A stretch of DNA of 64,000 nt from a virus (taxonomy: Duplodnaviria > Caudoviricetes): IMG/VR virus record IMGVR_UViG_2934897587_000001, positions 1,460 to 65,459 of that record. The stretch is one strand, 5' to 3'. This document shows positions 46,522-56,946 of this stretch, piece after piece. A program made the translations under genes and the position numbers. The notes beneath the pieces are model-generated. The model saw only the letters and a program-made list of their open reading frames with translations, had not been told where the DNA came from and did not search any database. The first letter of the stretch is position 1, and each line of letters opens with the position of its first letter.

Positions 46522-49500
46522 GTGCTGTGGCCGACCGCACCGTGCGGGTCACCCTCACCGGCAATGCGACGCCGTACCAGGCTGCGATGCGGCAGGCTGC
46601 GCGCAGTACGCAGCAATCGGCGCAGGCGATCGCGGCGTCGATGGCGCGCGCTGGAGCCCGGGGCGCGGCGGCGTTTGCGCCGGTTCAGGCTGCGTCGAGC
46701 CGTGCGGCAACGCAGGCGGCGGCACGCTGGCAGGCCGCCAGCCGGACAATCCAGGCGCAGTTCCCGCGTATTGCGGCTGCGGCGCGGGCGGCTGGGGCGC
46801 GGACGGCGGCGGGGCTGTCGGCGGGTGCTGGCTCGGTGGCGGCTCGGTGGAACGCGGCGGGCAGTGCGATTGCTGGCCGGTGGCGGGCGACGACGGCTAT
46901 GGTGTCGCGCTCGTTCGCGGGAGTCCGGGGCGCTGCGGGTTCTGCGGCGTCCTGGGTCAGCGCGCGGTGGACTGCGGCGGCGGCTGCGTCGAGCCGTGCG
47001 TTCGGCAACATGCGGCTGGCTGCTCTCACAGCTGGCGCGCACATAGCAAGCGCGGCCAACAACGGCACGAAGGCGCTGAAGGCGGCCCGTGCGGCGAGCC
47101 TCGGCCTGCTGGCGGCGTTTGTTGCGGCAGCTCTGGCTGCTGCGAATTTCGAGAAGGGCATGTCCGAGGTGCGGGCCGCGACGGGCGAGTCCGCGGCGGG
47201 GATGCGGCGGCTGTCGGAAGCTGCGCTGAAGGCGGGCAACGACACGAAGTACAGCGCGAGCGAGGCGGCGAGCGCGGAAGCGGAGCTTGCCAAGGCGGGT
47301 ATCAGCACGTCCGACATCATCGGTGGCGCGCTGAAGGGCTCTCTGTCCCTGGCGGCGAGCGGTCAGATGGAGCTGGGCGACTCTGCGGTGGTGGCTGCTC
47401 AGGCCATGAACTCGTTCAACCTGTCTGGCCAGGACGTGCCGCACATCGCGGACGTCATCAGTGCCGGCGCAGGCAAGAGCGCCACGAACGTCCACGACAT
47501 GAGCATGGCTTTCCGGCAGGCGTCCATCGTGGCGGCCCAGACGGGCCTTTCGCTGGAGGACACTGCGGGGACGCTGGCGCTGTTCGCGCAGAACTCGCTG
47601 ACCGGCAGCGACGCCGGTACAAGCCTCAAGGTCATGCTCCAGCGGCTCACGCCGCAGTCGACCGAGGCCCAGGACGCCATGGATGCGGTGGGATTCTCTG
47701 CGTACGACGCGAGCGGAAATTTCGTCGGCCTCAGCGAGATGGCGCAGCGTCTGCACACCTCGTTCGCGGGCCTCACGCCCGAGGCGAGGAACTCGGCGTT
47801 CGCCACGATCTTCGGATCGGACGCCGTCCGCTCGGCCACCATCCTCTACAAGGAGGGTGCGTCCGGGGTGGACACCTGGACCAAGGCAGTCAACGACTCC
47901 GGGTATGCGGCGCGGGCCAGTGCCACGCTGACGGACAATCTGGCTGGCGACTGGGAGCGTCTGAAGTCAGCTCTGGAGACCGGGCTGATCTCCTCGGGGA
48001 GTAGCGCGAACGGCATGCTGCGCGGGATGGCGAAGGCGCTGACCGGCGTCGTGAACTGGTACAACCAGCTGGAGCCTGCCACGCAGCGGACCGTCACGGG
48101 CATCGCGGGCATTGTCGGGGTGGTGGGCCTGGTCGGCTCGGCCTTCCTGCTGATGCTGCCGCGCATCATGGCCATCCGCACCGAGCTGATCGGGCTGGGT
48201 GTGACGGCGGCCGGTACCCGCACGGCGCTGATGGGGCTGTCGAAGGTTGGCATTGTGGTGGGCGCGCTGTGGGCGGCCAAAGAGGCTGTCGACAGCCTGG
48301 GCGACAGCCTGAAGCCGCAGCCGCCGAACGCCACGAAGATGTCCACCTCGCTGATGAACATGGCGACATCCGGCAAGGTCGCCGGTCAGATGGCCAAGTC
48401 GTTCGGCAAAGATCTGGACGGCTTGGGTGACGCCCTGACCCGGATCAACAACCCGGACGGCCTGACGGCGGTCACCGACTTCATGGGGAACCTGCCCCTG
48501 GGCGGCGGCGACGACGCGAGCATGACCGAGGCCAAGAACAAGTTCAAGGCCATCGACGATGCCCTGAAAGCGATGGTGACGAACGGCAACGTCACCAGCG
48601 CGAAAGCCGCTTTCGCTGGGCTGGCAAAGGAAGCGAAGAGCAGCGGGCACTCCACCAAGGAGTTGAAGGGTGTCCTGCCTGGCTACGTTGACGCCCTCGC
48701 CAACTCGTCGGCCGAGCAGAAGGCCACAGCCCAGTCCCAGAAGGGGATGGGCGACGCTGCGGCTACGACCAAGGAAGAGTTCGAGGACCAGCGGAGCGCG
48801 GCGGAACGGCTGACTGACGCCCTCAAGACGCTGAACGGGATCAACATTTCGGCGGCGGAGCAGGAGATCGGCTTCCGGCAGTCGCTGGCGGACCTGACCA
48901 GCGTGGTGAAGAAGAACGGGCACTCGCTGGACGTCACCAGCGAGAAAGGCCGCAAGGTCAAGTCGGCCTTCCTCGACGCCGCGAAGGCAGCCCAGGCGCA
49001 CGCCCAGTCGGTTGCCGAGCAGCAGGACAGTGTCGAGGCGGGGACTGCGGTCCTGGAGAAGGACATCTCGGCGCTGAAGCGGACGATGCACGCGGCGGGG
49101 TTCACGTCGTCGCAGATCCGCAAGCTCGTGTCTGCGTACGCGCAGTTGCCGGGCGCGAAGAGCACGACGATCATCGCGGCGAACGCCGCCAAGACCATGG
49201 GCGAGCTGGACACGATCCGGAAGAAGGTCAAGGACGTCCCGCCCGGCAAGTACATCGACGTCAAGGCACCAAGCGGCCCGGCAATCGCTGCTCTGCGGGC
49301 CATCGGCTACAAGGTCACGACGCTGCCGAATCGCCAGGTGCGGATCACGGTGCCCACATCCGGGCCCGCCTCGTCGATCTCGGCGCTCAAGGCCCAGATC
49401 GCCTCGCTGCGGGACAAGGTCGTGAGCATTTCGATCACGAAATATTTCAGGTCGGTGGGCAACCCGCAGGCCATGAAAAACGCGCTGGAGACGAGGGCGA

Positions 49501-51083
49501 ACGGCGGGCCGATCGGGCGGTATGCCTCGGGCGGTGACGTCCAGGCGTACCCGCAGGGCGGGTACATCCGGGGCCCAGGGACCGGCACCAGCGACAGCAT
49601 CATGGCGCTGTTCCCGAGCGGGCCGGCGATGGTGTCCGACACCGAGTTCGTGGTTCGGGCCGCCGCGGTCCGGCGGTACGGCCTCGGCCTGCTGAACGCC
49701 ATCAACAGCGGGAGCCTGCCGACGTTCGCCAGTGGCGGGTCTCTGCCGCGGCTGGCTGGCGGCGGCCTGAACAACTTCTCTTACACGCCGACGGGCGCGG
49801 CGGTGCTGGGCGGTACGACCGACGCGAAGGAGCGGTACGACCGCGAACTCCAGGACCTCAAGGACGCGTGGAAAGACCTCACGGCCGCGATGTCCGACGC
49901 CAAGAAGAAGGCGTCTGCGCTCCGGGACGCCGAGCGGAATCTGTCCCGGGTGCGGCACGGCAAGCACACGGCGACGCAGCTGCGGGCCGCGCAGTCGCGG
50001 GTGGACAAGGCCCGTACCTCGAAACGCTCGGCTGACGCCAAGGTGCGGACGGAGCGGAAGGACGTCTACGCCGCCGACGCCGCGCTCGGGGTGAGGAAAG
50101 GGGCGAAAGTCCCGACCTCGTTCAACCTCGCGGCGTACCAGAAGCAGCTGAACGCCAGCGTGGGGGCGACCCTCAAGTGGCGGTCGAACCTCCAGAAGAT
50201 CGCCCAGCGTGGCGGCGAGTCCACGAGGCAGATGCTGCAGGACATGGGCGAGGACGGGTACGCGCTCGTCAACGCCTTGGCCGGGGCGTCGAACAAGCAG
50301 TTCGAGGACATCGTCAAGAAGCTGCGGCAGACGGGCGGCGTGGCTCAGGCGACCCTGAGCGACTTCACGCGGCAGCTCGGGGCCAGCACGAAGGACTCGC
50401 AGCAATTCGCAGCGGACCTCCAGACGCTGGCAGCCCGCGGATTTGGCGACCTGGCACAGGCCCTCGCGGCGCAGGGCGACGACACCGCGGCGACGCTCGC
50501 GCACCAGGCCGCGACCGGCAGCTCGGCGGACGCCTCGAAGGCGAACTCGGCGGTAAAGGCGAACCAGGGCGCGCTGACGGGCGACGACCTCACCAACAGC
50601 CTGTTGGTGCTGGCCGCGCTCCGGGCGAAGAAGGGCGCCGGCATTGCCGACGTCCTCTCAGCGGGGGTGGAGTTCAGCACGCTGCGGACGCTGGTGCCGC
50701 GGATGCTCGCGCAGATCAACAAGCTACCGGACCTCTACAAGCGGACGTTCCTCGCGCAGTGGGCGGGGCAGTCCGGGGCCGCGGCGATGGCTCGGGGCGG
50801 CATCCTCACCCGGCCCACTGCGGTGCTCGCTGCGGAGGCCGGTGATGCGGAGTCGTGGATCCCAGTGAACGGCAGCAGTCGGTCTCAGGGGCTGCTGGCG
50901 CGGACGGCGGGGCTGATGGGATACCAGCTCATTCCCGCTGGCCGGTATGGGGTCGCGCGTGACGGTGGGCCGCAGACGGTCCGTGAGGGCGACCGGAACA
51001 CCACGGTCAACCTGTACGGCGCCCGGCAAACCTCGGGCGAGCAGGCCCGGGACATCGCGAGGCATCTCGCCTTCGTCGGATAG
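46518..51083 (+). CDS. Tape measure protein (TP901-like core)
   Basis: 1521 aa, Ala-rich; FEKGMSEV, YSASEAA, GSDAGTSLK, GPGTGTSDSI. Confidence 0.95.
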   Translation: MSAVADRTVRVTLTGNATPYQAAMRQAARSTQQSAQAIAASMARAGARGAAAFAPVQAASSRAATQAAARWQAASRTIQAQFPRIAAAARAAGARTAAGLSAGAGSVAARWNAAGSAIAGRWRATTAMVSRSFAGVRGAAGSAASWVSARWTAAAAASSRAFGNMRLAALTAGAHIASAANNGTKALKAARAASLGLLAAFVAAALAAANFEKGMSEVRAATGESAAGMRRLSEAALKAGNDTKYSASEAASAEAELAKAGISTSDIIGGALKGSLSLAASGQMELGDSAVVAAQAMNSFNLSGQDVPHIADVISAGAGKSATNVHDMSMAFRQASIVAAQTGLSLEDTAGTLALFAQNSLTGSDAGTSLKVMLQRLTPQSTEAQDAMDAVGFSAYDASGNFVGLSEMAQRLHTSFAGLTPEARNSAFATIFGSDAVRSATILYKEGASGVDTWTKAVNDSGYAARASATLTDNLAGDWERLKSALETGLISSGSSANGMLRGMAKALTGVVNWYNQLEPATQRTVTGIAGIVGVVGLVGSAFLLMLPRIMAIRTELIGLGVTAAGTRTALMGLSKVGIVVGALWAAKEAVDSLGDSLKPQPPNATKMSTSLMNMATSGKVAGQMAKSFGKDLDGLGDALTRINNPDGLTAVTDFMGNLPLGGGDDASMTEAKNKFKAIDDALKAMVTNGNVTSAKAAFAGLAKEAKSSGHSTKELKGVLPGYVDALANSSAEQKATAQSQKGMGDAAATTKEEFEDQRSAAERLTDALKTLNGINISAAEQEIGFRQSLADLTSVVKKNGHSLDVTSEKGRKVKSAFLDAAKAAQAHAQSVAEQQDSVEAGTAVLEKDISALKRTMHAAGFTSSQIRKLVSAYAQLPGAKSTTIIAANAAKTMGELDTIRKKVKDVPPGKYIDVKAPSGPAIAALRAIGYKVTTLPNRQVRITVPTSGPASSISALKAQIASLRDKVVSISITKYFRSVGNPQAMKNALETRANGGPIGRYASGGDVQAYPQGGYIRGPGTGTSDSIMALFPSGPAMVSDTEFVVRAAAVRRYGLGLLNAINSGSLPTFASGGSLPRLAGGGLNNFSYTPTGAAVLGGTTDAKERYDRELQDLKDAWKDLTAAMSDAKKKASALRDAERNLSRVRHGKHTATQLRAAQSRVDKARTSKRSADAKVRTERKDVYAADAALGVRKGAKVPTSFNLAAYQKQLNASVGATLKWRSNLQKIAQRGGESTRQMLQDMGEDGYALVNALAGASNKQFEDIVKKLRQTGGVAQATLSDFTRQLGASTKDSQQFAADLQTLAARGFGDLAQALAAQGDDTAATLAHQAATGSSADASKANSAVKANQGALTGDDLTNSLLVLAALRAKKGAGIADVLSAGVEFSTLRTLVPRMLAQINKLPDLYKRTFLAQWAGQSGAAAMARGGILTRPTAVLAAEAGDAESWIPVNGSSRSQGLLARTAGLMGYQLIPAGRYGVARDGGPQTVREGDRNTTVNLYGARQTSGEQARDIARHLAFVG

Positions 51084-51094
51084 GAGGTGGCGCG

Positions 51095-51964
51095 GTGCCG
51101 TACACCGCGGGCGACACGCTCGACGGGCTGCGGGCTGACCTCGAAGACATCCCCCTGGGAGGGGTGGATAGCTCCGGGGTCGCCTGGTCCTTGCAGAGCA
51201 TGGAGGGCTGGGACTCGGCCGAGCAACGGTCGGAGGCTCAGCAGCGCGAGGGTGACCACGGGGCGTGGCTCGGGCCGGTGTACCTCTCGGAGCGGCCCAT
51301 CACGCTGGCCGGGACCATCACGGCCCCGGACCGCGCGGTGCTGGACGACGCGATGGAGCGGATCCGGGCGGCGGCTGCGCTGTCGCCCACGCTCCTCGTC
51401 GTGCAGGAGTCCCGGCCCAAGCAGTGCCTGGTGCAGCGGTCCGGGAGGCCACTGATCCAGTACGTGACGGATCGGATCGCCACCTACAGCGTGATGGTCA
51501 CGGCCGGGGATCCGCGTCGCTACAGCACGGATCTCCAGCAGGGAACGACAGCGCTGCCGTCCACCTCGGGCGGGCTGACTCTGCCATACACCCTGCCGTA
51601 CACCATCTCGGCTACCACGGTGGCCGGGCAGGTCGACGCGCTGAACGAGGGCACGTTCGAGACGCGGCCGGTGTTGACGATCGCGGGCCCGGTGTCCCAG
51701 CCGAGGGTGTACGGGCAGATGCCGGACGGCTCGGTGCGCGTCGTGCGCTGCAACTTCGATCTGTTGGACGGCGACGTGCTGGTGATCGACACCGACATGC
51801 ACACCGCGGTCCTCAACGGCAACGTCAGCCGGCGGCGGTTCGTGTCCGCGCCGCAGGGCTGGCCCACCATCCCCGCTCGCGGAGCGGTGTCCTACCAGTT
51901 CCGCTCGGCCGTCTATTCCGCTACCGCGATGCTGACCGTCCAATGGCGCTCGGCCTGGATGTAA
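51095..51964 (+). CDS. Distal tail protein
   Basis: After TMP; AGDPRRY, GGLTLP.TLP, N.GT.ETRP, WRSAW end. Confidence 0.85.
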   Translation: MPYTAGDTLDGLRADLEDIPLGGVDSSGVAWSLQSMEGWDSAEQRSEAQQREGDHGAWLGPVYLSERPITLAGTITAPDRAVLDDAMERIRAAAALSPTLLVVQESRPKQCLVQRSGRPLIQYVTDRIATYSVMVTAGDPRRYSTDLQQGTTALPSTSGGLTLPYTLPYTISATTVAGQVDALNEGTFETRPVLTIAGPVSQPRVYGQMPDGSVRVVRCNFDLLDGDVLVIDTDMHTAVLNGNVSRRRFVSAPQGWPTIPARGAVSYQFRSAVYSATAMLTVQWRSAWM

Positions 51965-51974
51965 GGAGGCCGCG

Positions 51975-52994
51975 ATGCCTTTTGACCCGCTCGACATCAA
52001 CGGGATCACGTACGACGGCATTGAGCTGCGCCGGGCGGCGCTCCTCGGCGTCATGAGCAACGGGTCATCGTTCGGCGGCCGTTCCGGCGTCCGGCCGGGC
52101 GACCCAGGGCTGGTCACCTCCCTGTCCGGTACCACGATCAACGTCACCGCGGGCGCGGGCTGGGTCTGGTACACGGGGCAGGGTACGTACCGGGCGGTGA
52201 TTTCCTCGGCCTGGTCGGGGACGTTGCAGGCCGCGCACGCCACGCTCAGCAGGATCGACCTGGTGTATCTGCGGGTGTGGGACAACGCGGTGGACGGCTC
52301 GGGGCTGACGCAGGCTGACGTGGTATATCTGCCGGGGACCGCTTCGTCTACGCCCGTTGTGCCGACGCCAGCGGGCACCCAGATCGGTTTTTACCTGGCG
52401 ACGATCACCGTGCCGCCGTCGGGCGGCGGTTCGCCGTCGGTGTCGCTCTCCGTCCGCCCGGCCACGGTGGCGCCGGGCGGGATCCTGCCCAGCAGCGCGG
52501 CTCCCACCAGCCCATACCTGGGCCAGTACTACGACAACGGCACCGACCTGCTGCGCTACAACGGCAGCACCTGGGACACCTACCAGAAGGTCGAGACCGT
52601 GGCGTGGACGACGCCCACGCTCGGCACGGGGTACACGCAGGGCGACCTGACCACGACCGGAAACCTGAACGGCCCGATCCGCTACCGGCGGTTCTTCGAC
52701 CGGGGCACCTGGTACATGGAGTGGGACGGTGGTGCCAACCGCTCCAACGGGGCGCAGACCACGAACATTCTGTCCGCGGCTCTCGCCTCCGGCTCCCCTG
52801 GCTTCCGCCCCGCCGGGCGGGCATCTTTCACCATCGCCCGTAACGCCACCTCGGCGGCCGGGGAGACCAGCGCCATCAGCAGCTGCAAGATCGACTTCAA
52901 CCAGGACGGCACCGTAGGCCTGGTGGCCGCGACGGCCGGCCCGACCGAGGTCAACTGGTTCTCCCTGCGCGGGATTCGGTACCCCCTCGCATGA
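51975..52994 (+). CDS. Minor tail protein
   Basis: RIDLVYLRVWD motif; Thr/Gly-rich. Confidence 0.8.
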   Translation: MPFDPLDINGITYDGIELRRAALLGVMSNGSSFGGRSGVRPGDPGLVTSLSGTTINVTAGAGWVWYTGQGTYRAVISSAWSGTLQAAHATLSRIDLVYLRVWDNAVDGSGLTQADVVYLPGTASSTPVVPTPAGTQIGFYLATITVPPSGGGSPSVSLSVRPATVAPGGILPSSAAPTSPYLGQYYDNGTDLLRYNGSTWDTYQKVETVAWTTPTLGTGYTQGDLTTTGNLNGPIRYRRFFDRGTWYMEWDGGANRSNGAQTTNILSAALASGSPGFRPAGRASFTIARNATSAAGETSAISSCKIDFNQDGTVGLVAATAGPTEVNWFSLRGIRYPLA

Positions 52995-54118
52995 CGACGC
53001 CGCAGCTCATGGCCGCTCCGCTCGGCCAGCCGGATCTGTCGCAGCCCTACGTCCTGGCCTGGTACGGCTGCGACCTGCGGTCCGGAACGATCATCGAGGA
53101 TCTGCGATCGCTCACCCCCGGCGGTGCTCTGACGCGGCGGCTCGGCACGCACACGACGCTGAGCGCCACGCTTGGCCTGCCCGGAGCGCCACCGGACTGG
53201 GAGGCGGCCACGGACCAGGGCCGGTCCCTGCTCGTGGCCGTGGACACTGCGACGGATACGCCGATATGGGCGGGTCTGACCCTGACCCGCACCGGCGGAA
53301 GCGCACAGTCCGTTGACCTGCAACTGGCGACGCCTGAGGCATACCTCGACCGCCGGTACACGGGGACGATCAACCTGGTGCAGCAGGACCAGGCCACGGT
53401 GTGCACCGCCATCCTCGGGCCGTCGATGACCGACGGGCCGCCGTTCACCCTCGATGCGCCGGCCACCGGCGTGCTGGTCGACTACTCGGTGCAGGACGGC
53501 GACGACCGCACCGCGCTGAGTGCCTTGCAGGAGTTGATGGGCGCGGAGGGTGGGCCGGAGTGGACGGTGGACGTCGCCTGGAACGGGTCGCACGACGGCT
53601 TCGTGCTGCCGATCCGGATCCGGCCCACCGTCGGCGTGCAGTCGGTCAGCCCGGAGGCCGTCTTCGACTTCCCGGGCTGCGTGACCTCGTACGACCTCAC
53701 GGAGTCCTACGAGGCCGGCAAGGGTGCGACGGTCGTGCAGGCGCGCGGCGAGGGCGAGGGTGACGGCCGGTTGTCGTCCAGCGCGTACACCGCGGATGCT
53801 CTGATCTCCAGCGGCTGGCCGCGGTGGGTGTACCGCTTCACGCCGTCCGCTGGGCAGAACGACCCGACGCAGCTCAATGCCCACGCGAGCAAGGCCCTGA
53901 CGTTGATGCAGACCGGTGCGCGGGTGTGGCAGGTGGAGGCGGCGGCCAGCGTGGCGCCGCGGCTCGGCCGGGACTGGGGCCTTGGTGACACGGTGCGAAT
54001 CGCGATCGAGACTTCGCCGCGGCATCCGGCTGGGGCGGACGTGGTGGCCCGCGCGTGGGCGTGGGAGCTAGAGCCCGGATCGAATCAGGTCCGGCCGATC
54101 TTGGTGGAGGACGACTGA
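52991..54118 (+). CDS. Minor tail / baseplate hub (Gp37-like) protein
   Basis: GGPEWTVD, FDFPG.V, DWGLGDTV. Confidence 0.8.
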   Translation: MTTPQLMAAPLGQPDLSQPYVLAWYGCDLRSGTIIEDLRSLTPGGALTRRLGTHTTLSATLGLPGAPPDWEAATDQGRSLLVAVDTATDTPIWAGLTLTRTGGSAQSVDLQLATPEAYLDRRYTGTINLVQQDQATVCTAILGPSMTDGPPFTLDAPATGVLVDYSVQDGDDRTALSALQELMGAEGGPEWTVDVAWNGSHDGFVLPIRIRPTVGVQSVSPEAVFDFPGCVTSYDLTESYEAGKGATVVQARGEGEGDGRLSSSAYTADALISSGWPRWVYRFTPSAGQNDPTQLNAHASKALTLMQTGARVWQVEAAASVAPRLGRDWGLGDTVRIAIETSPRHPAGADVVARAWAWELEPGSNQVRPILVEDD

Positions 54119-54885
54119 TGCCCACGCCTGCAGACCAACTCCCTCCCGACCCGCAGGCCCTGGCTCGCCGCCTGGCCGCACTGGAACGGGAAGTGCGCGA
54201 ACTCCGGGCGGCGCGGCGGCTGGAGCAGGCCACGGTCGGTGCCGGCGGGATCCGCGTCGTGGACGGCGGCAAGGTGACCGTCGACACCGCCCGCAACGTG
54301 CGCATGGCATCGTTCGGCGCCATCGAGGACGGCCGCTTCGACCACACCGACGGCACCCCGCAGCAGGCGATCCGCTTGCGGCGCGAGGACGGGACGCCCA
54401 CGTTCAGCTGCTACGCGGACATCGGGCAGGACAATCAGGCGTGGTGGTTGACGGACCGCGAGAGCAACCGCTTGTTTGCCGACGACTACAGCGGGAGCGG
54501 GCTGGCCCGCCCCTACATGCCGGTCGCGATGGCGCCGAGCTATGACGCTGGCTGGGACTACTGGCCGCGGAACTCGACGACCACCATGAAGATGCTCTGG
54601 CGGGGCGGGATCTACAAGCAGCAGCAACGCGTGGTGGTCATCGCGGACGCTGCGATGGACACCTCAGGGGCCACCGGCTACGTGGAGCTGCGCATCAGCG
54701 GCGTGGCGCAGGGCTCCCCCGTCTCGGTCGACTTCACCGGGGGCTTCTACACGTTGGGCCCGTTCGACCTGAGCAAGTTCGCCCACATGTCGCAGATCAG
54801 CATCGAGGTCTACGGCCGGCGGAACGCCGGTACCGGGTCTCTCCGGGCGTCAATCTGGTCCGCCTATACCCTTCAAAGCGCGTGA
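54118..54885 (+). CDS. Minor tail protein
   Basis: N-terminal coiled coil RRLAALEREVREL; GLARPY. Confidence 0.75.
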   Translation: MPTPADQLPPDPQALARRLAALEREVRELRAARRLEQATVGAGGIRVVDGGKVTVDTARNVRMASFGAIEDGRFDHTDGTPQQAIRLRREDGTPTFSCYADIGQDNQAWWLTDRESNRLFADDYSGSGLARPYMPVAMAPSYDAGWDYWPRNSTTTMKMLWRGGIYKQQQRVVVIADAAMDTSGATGYVELRISGVAQGSPVSVDFTGGFYTLGPFDLSKFAHMSQISIEVYGRRNAGTGSLRASIWSAYTLQSA

Positions 54886-54891
54886 GGACTT

Positions 54892-55056
54892 ATGAGCACA
54901 CCACCCGATGAGCCAACCCCCATCGACCAGCGGCCGCCGCGGAACCCGCAGCCTCCCGGGCCGATGCTGCCGGAACCGCCGCCAGACTCCGGGACGCCTT
55001 CCGATCCTGCCCCGGACCAGCCGCCGCCCGCCGAGGAGCAGACCCTCGCCACCTGA
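54892..55056 (+). CDS. Small Pro-rich hypothetical protein
   Basis: GAGGA RBS; 54 aa. Confidence 0.5.
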   Translation: MSTPPDEPTPIDQRPPRNPQPPGPMLPEPPPDSGTPSDPAPDQPPPAEEQTLAT

Positions 55057-55076
55057 TCCAGCTCCCTACACACCAC

Positions 55077-55109
55077 GCCCCGCGCCGTCCGGCCGGGGCT
55101 TTCGCGTTT
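55077..55109 (+). terminator. Putative terminator
   Basis: gccccg/cggggc plus tttcgcgttt. Confidence 0.55.
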
Positions 55110-55121
55110 CTGGAGGCCCGT

Positions 55122-55427
55122 GTGGGCACCCCTGTTGATCCGCTGTCCGCCGTGTACCGCGAGCGGGCGCACCTGGTGGCGCACCTCGCTGCCATCTACC
55201 CGTCGGTGCTCGTCCACGGGGCCGACGCAGCCGAGCCGGACTGGCCGGTGCTGTTCGTGGGTCTGCCCACCGGCCAAGCCACCTGGCATATCAGCCCCGC
55301 CGATCTCGACCTGTTCGAGCACGTTCCGGCCGGCGCGGCGACGTGGGACGTCCACTCCACTGACGAGAAGTACGAGCGCCTGGCCGCGGCCACTCGCTCA
55401 ATAGCGCAGAGAGAAGACCGATCATGA
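55122..55427 (+). CDS. WDGH-like phage protein
   Basis: YRERAHLVA...LPTGQATWH...WDVHSTDEKYERL. Confidence 0.75.
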   Translation: MGTPVDPLSAVYRERAHLVAHLAAIYPSVLVHGADAAEPDWPVLFVGLPTGQATWHISPADLDLFEHVPAGAATWDVHSTDEKYERLAAATRSIAQREDRS

Positions 55428-56215
55428 AGCTCGTCACCAGATCACAGCTGGGCTGGCCGGCGTCGGCCGCCCCGACGCAGACCAGCACCAAGGGCGTCAA
55501 GGTCCACTACGAAGGGTCGCCGGTCAGCACGAAGCTGCTGTCCGACCATGACAAGTGCCTCGCCGAGTGGAAGGCGATCCGCCGCAGCCACCTTGCCAAC
55601 ACCCAGGAGAACTACAGCGACGTCGCGTACAACTACGCGGCTTGCCCCCACGGCTACCTGCTGGAGGGCCGCGGCATCGGCAAGCGGACCGGCGCCAACG
55701 GCAACCAGGATCTGAACCGGGCGCACTACGCGATCGTGGGGCTGGTCGGTTCCTCGGGCCTGGTGGCCCCGACGGACGCGATGCTGGGCGCGATCCGGGA
55801 CGGCATCGAGCTGCTGCGGCAGCACGGCGCCGGCAATGAGATCCGCGGGCACCGCGACGGCTACGCGACGAGCTGCCCTGGCCCGAGCCTGTACGAGTGG
55901 GTGCAGAAGGGTGCTCCCCGCCCAGCGGGTACTGGCGGGTCGACGAGCACCCCGGCCAAGCCGAAGTATGAGCCGTTCCCCGGCTCCAACTTCTTCCGGT
56001 CCGGCCGCCGTTCGCCGATCATCGCCGCGATGCACAAGCGGCTCGTGGCCATGGGCTGCAACAGGTACGCCAGTTCGGCCCATTCGGATGTGTGGGGCTC
56101 GGGTGACGAGCGGTCGTACGCGGCGTGGCAGCGCAAGTGCGGCTACGCCGGGACCGCCGCCGACGGCATCCCCGGCAGAGCGTCCTGGGACAGGCTGCAC
56201 GTCCCCAACGTCTGA
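55424..56215 (+). CDS. Endolysin: N-acetylmuramoyl-L-alanine amidase plus peptidoglycan-binding domain
   Basis: VHY, YSDVAYN, EGRG, GHRD..ATSCPG; C-terminal WQRKCG...ADGIPG..SW. Confidence 0.93.
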   Translation: MKLVTRSQLGWPASAAPTQTSTKGVKVHYEGSPVSTKLLSDHDKCLAEWKAIRRSHLANTQENYSDVAYNYAACPHGYLLEGRGIGKRTGANGNQDLNRAHYAIVGLVGSSGLVAPTDAMLGAIRDGIELLRQHGAGNEIRGHRDGYATSCPGPSLYEWVQKGAPRPAGTGGSTSTPAKPKYEPFPGSNFFRSGRRSPIIAAMHKRLVAMGCNRYASSAHSDVWGSGDERSYAAWQRKCGYAGTAADGIPGRASWDRLHVPNV

Positions 56216-56268
56216 TCCACCTTCGGTACGCCCCGAAGGCGCGCCGACCAGCAGAAACGGAACTCGAT

Positions 56269-56637
56269 ATGAAGATCTTCGGGCGAGAGCCAGTCGTGGT
56301 TCTCAACACCCTGTCGGCCGTCCTCGGCCTGATCGTCACGCTGGGCATGACGGGCCTGACGCAGGCGATGGCAGGCGCGATCGTTGGCGCGGTGTCGGCG
56401 ATCCTCGGCGCCATCGCCGCGGCCATGACCCGGCCCATAGCGCCGCAGGCCTTCACAGCGGTCACGGCCGCCGGGGCCGCGCTCGTCGCGACGTTCGGCT
56501 ACGAGGCAGACCCCGCCACTGTCGGCGCCATCAACACCGTGATTCTGGCGGGGCTCACGCTGCTCACCCGTGTGCAGGTGTCTCCGTCCAGTCCGCAGGC
56601 GCCGGTCACGGGGCCGTCCGGCCCGCAGAGCGTCTGA
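56269..56637 (+). CDS. Holin
   Basis: MKIFGREP; multiple TM helices; R.QVSP; after endolysin. Confidence 0.8.
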   Translation: MKIFGREPVVVLNTLSAVLGLIVTLGMTGLTQAMAGAIVGAVSAILGAIAAAMTRPIAPQAFTAVTAAGAALVATFGYEADPATVGAINTVILAGLTLLTRVQVSPSSPQAPVTGPSGPQSV

Positions 56638-56649
56638 CCGGAGGCCCAT

Positions 56650-56946
56650 GTGTCCGATGAGCCGACCCTCGGTGAAGTGGTCCGCAGGTTCGAGGATCGG
56701 CTCGCGGACGTGCGCGACGACATCCAGCAACTCGGTCGCCGAATCGACAGCAAGGTGTCGCAAGACGTCTACGACCTGCGGCACGAGGCGTTGGCCGCCC
56801 GGGTAAGCACGTTGGAGACGCTGCGGGAGAAGGACGCCGAGAAGCTTGTGGCCACGCGCCGGTGGCTGATCGGCGCGGTGGTGGTGCCGCTCGTCGGCAT
56901 CCTGCTGCCGGTCGTGCTGCTGCTGATACAGGGGGCGGGGTCATGA
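56650..56946 (+). CDS. Coiled-coil protein with C-terminal TM (lysis cassette)
   Basis: EPTLGEVVRRFE; RRWLIGAVVVP. Confidence 0.75.
   Translation: MSDEPTLGEVVRRFEDRLADVRDDIQQLGRRIDSKVSQDVYDLRHEALAARVSTLETLREKDAEKLVATRRWLIGAVVVPLVGILLPVVLLLIQGAGS

Noticed and set aside
47967-50504. Long antisense ORFs (also 31806-34154, 25475-27703, 20761-22539, 36480-38249)
   Set aside because: Shadow ORFs expected from high GC3 on the coding strand; no recognisable motifs.
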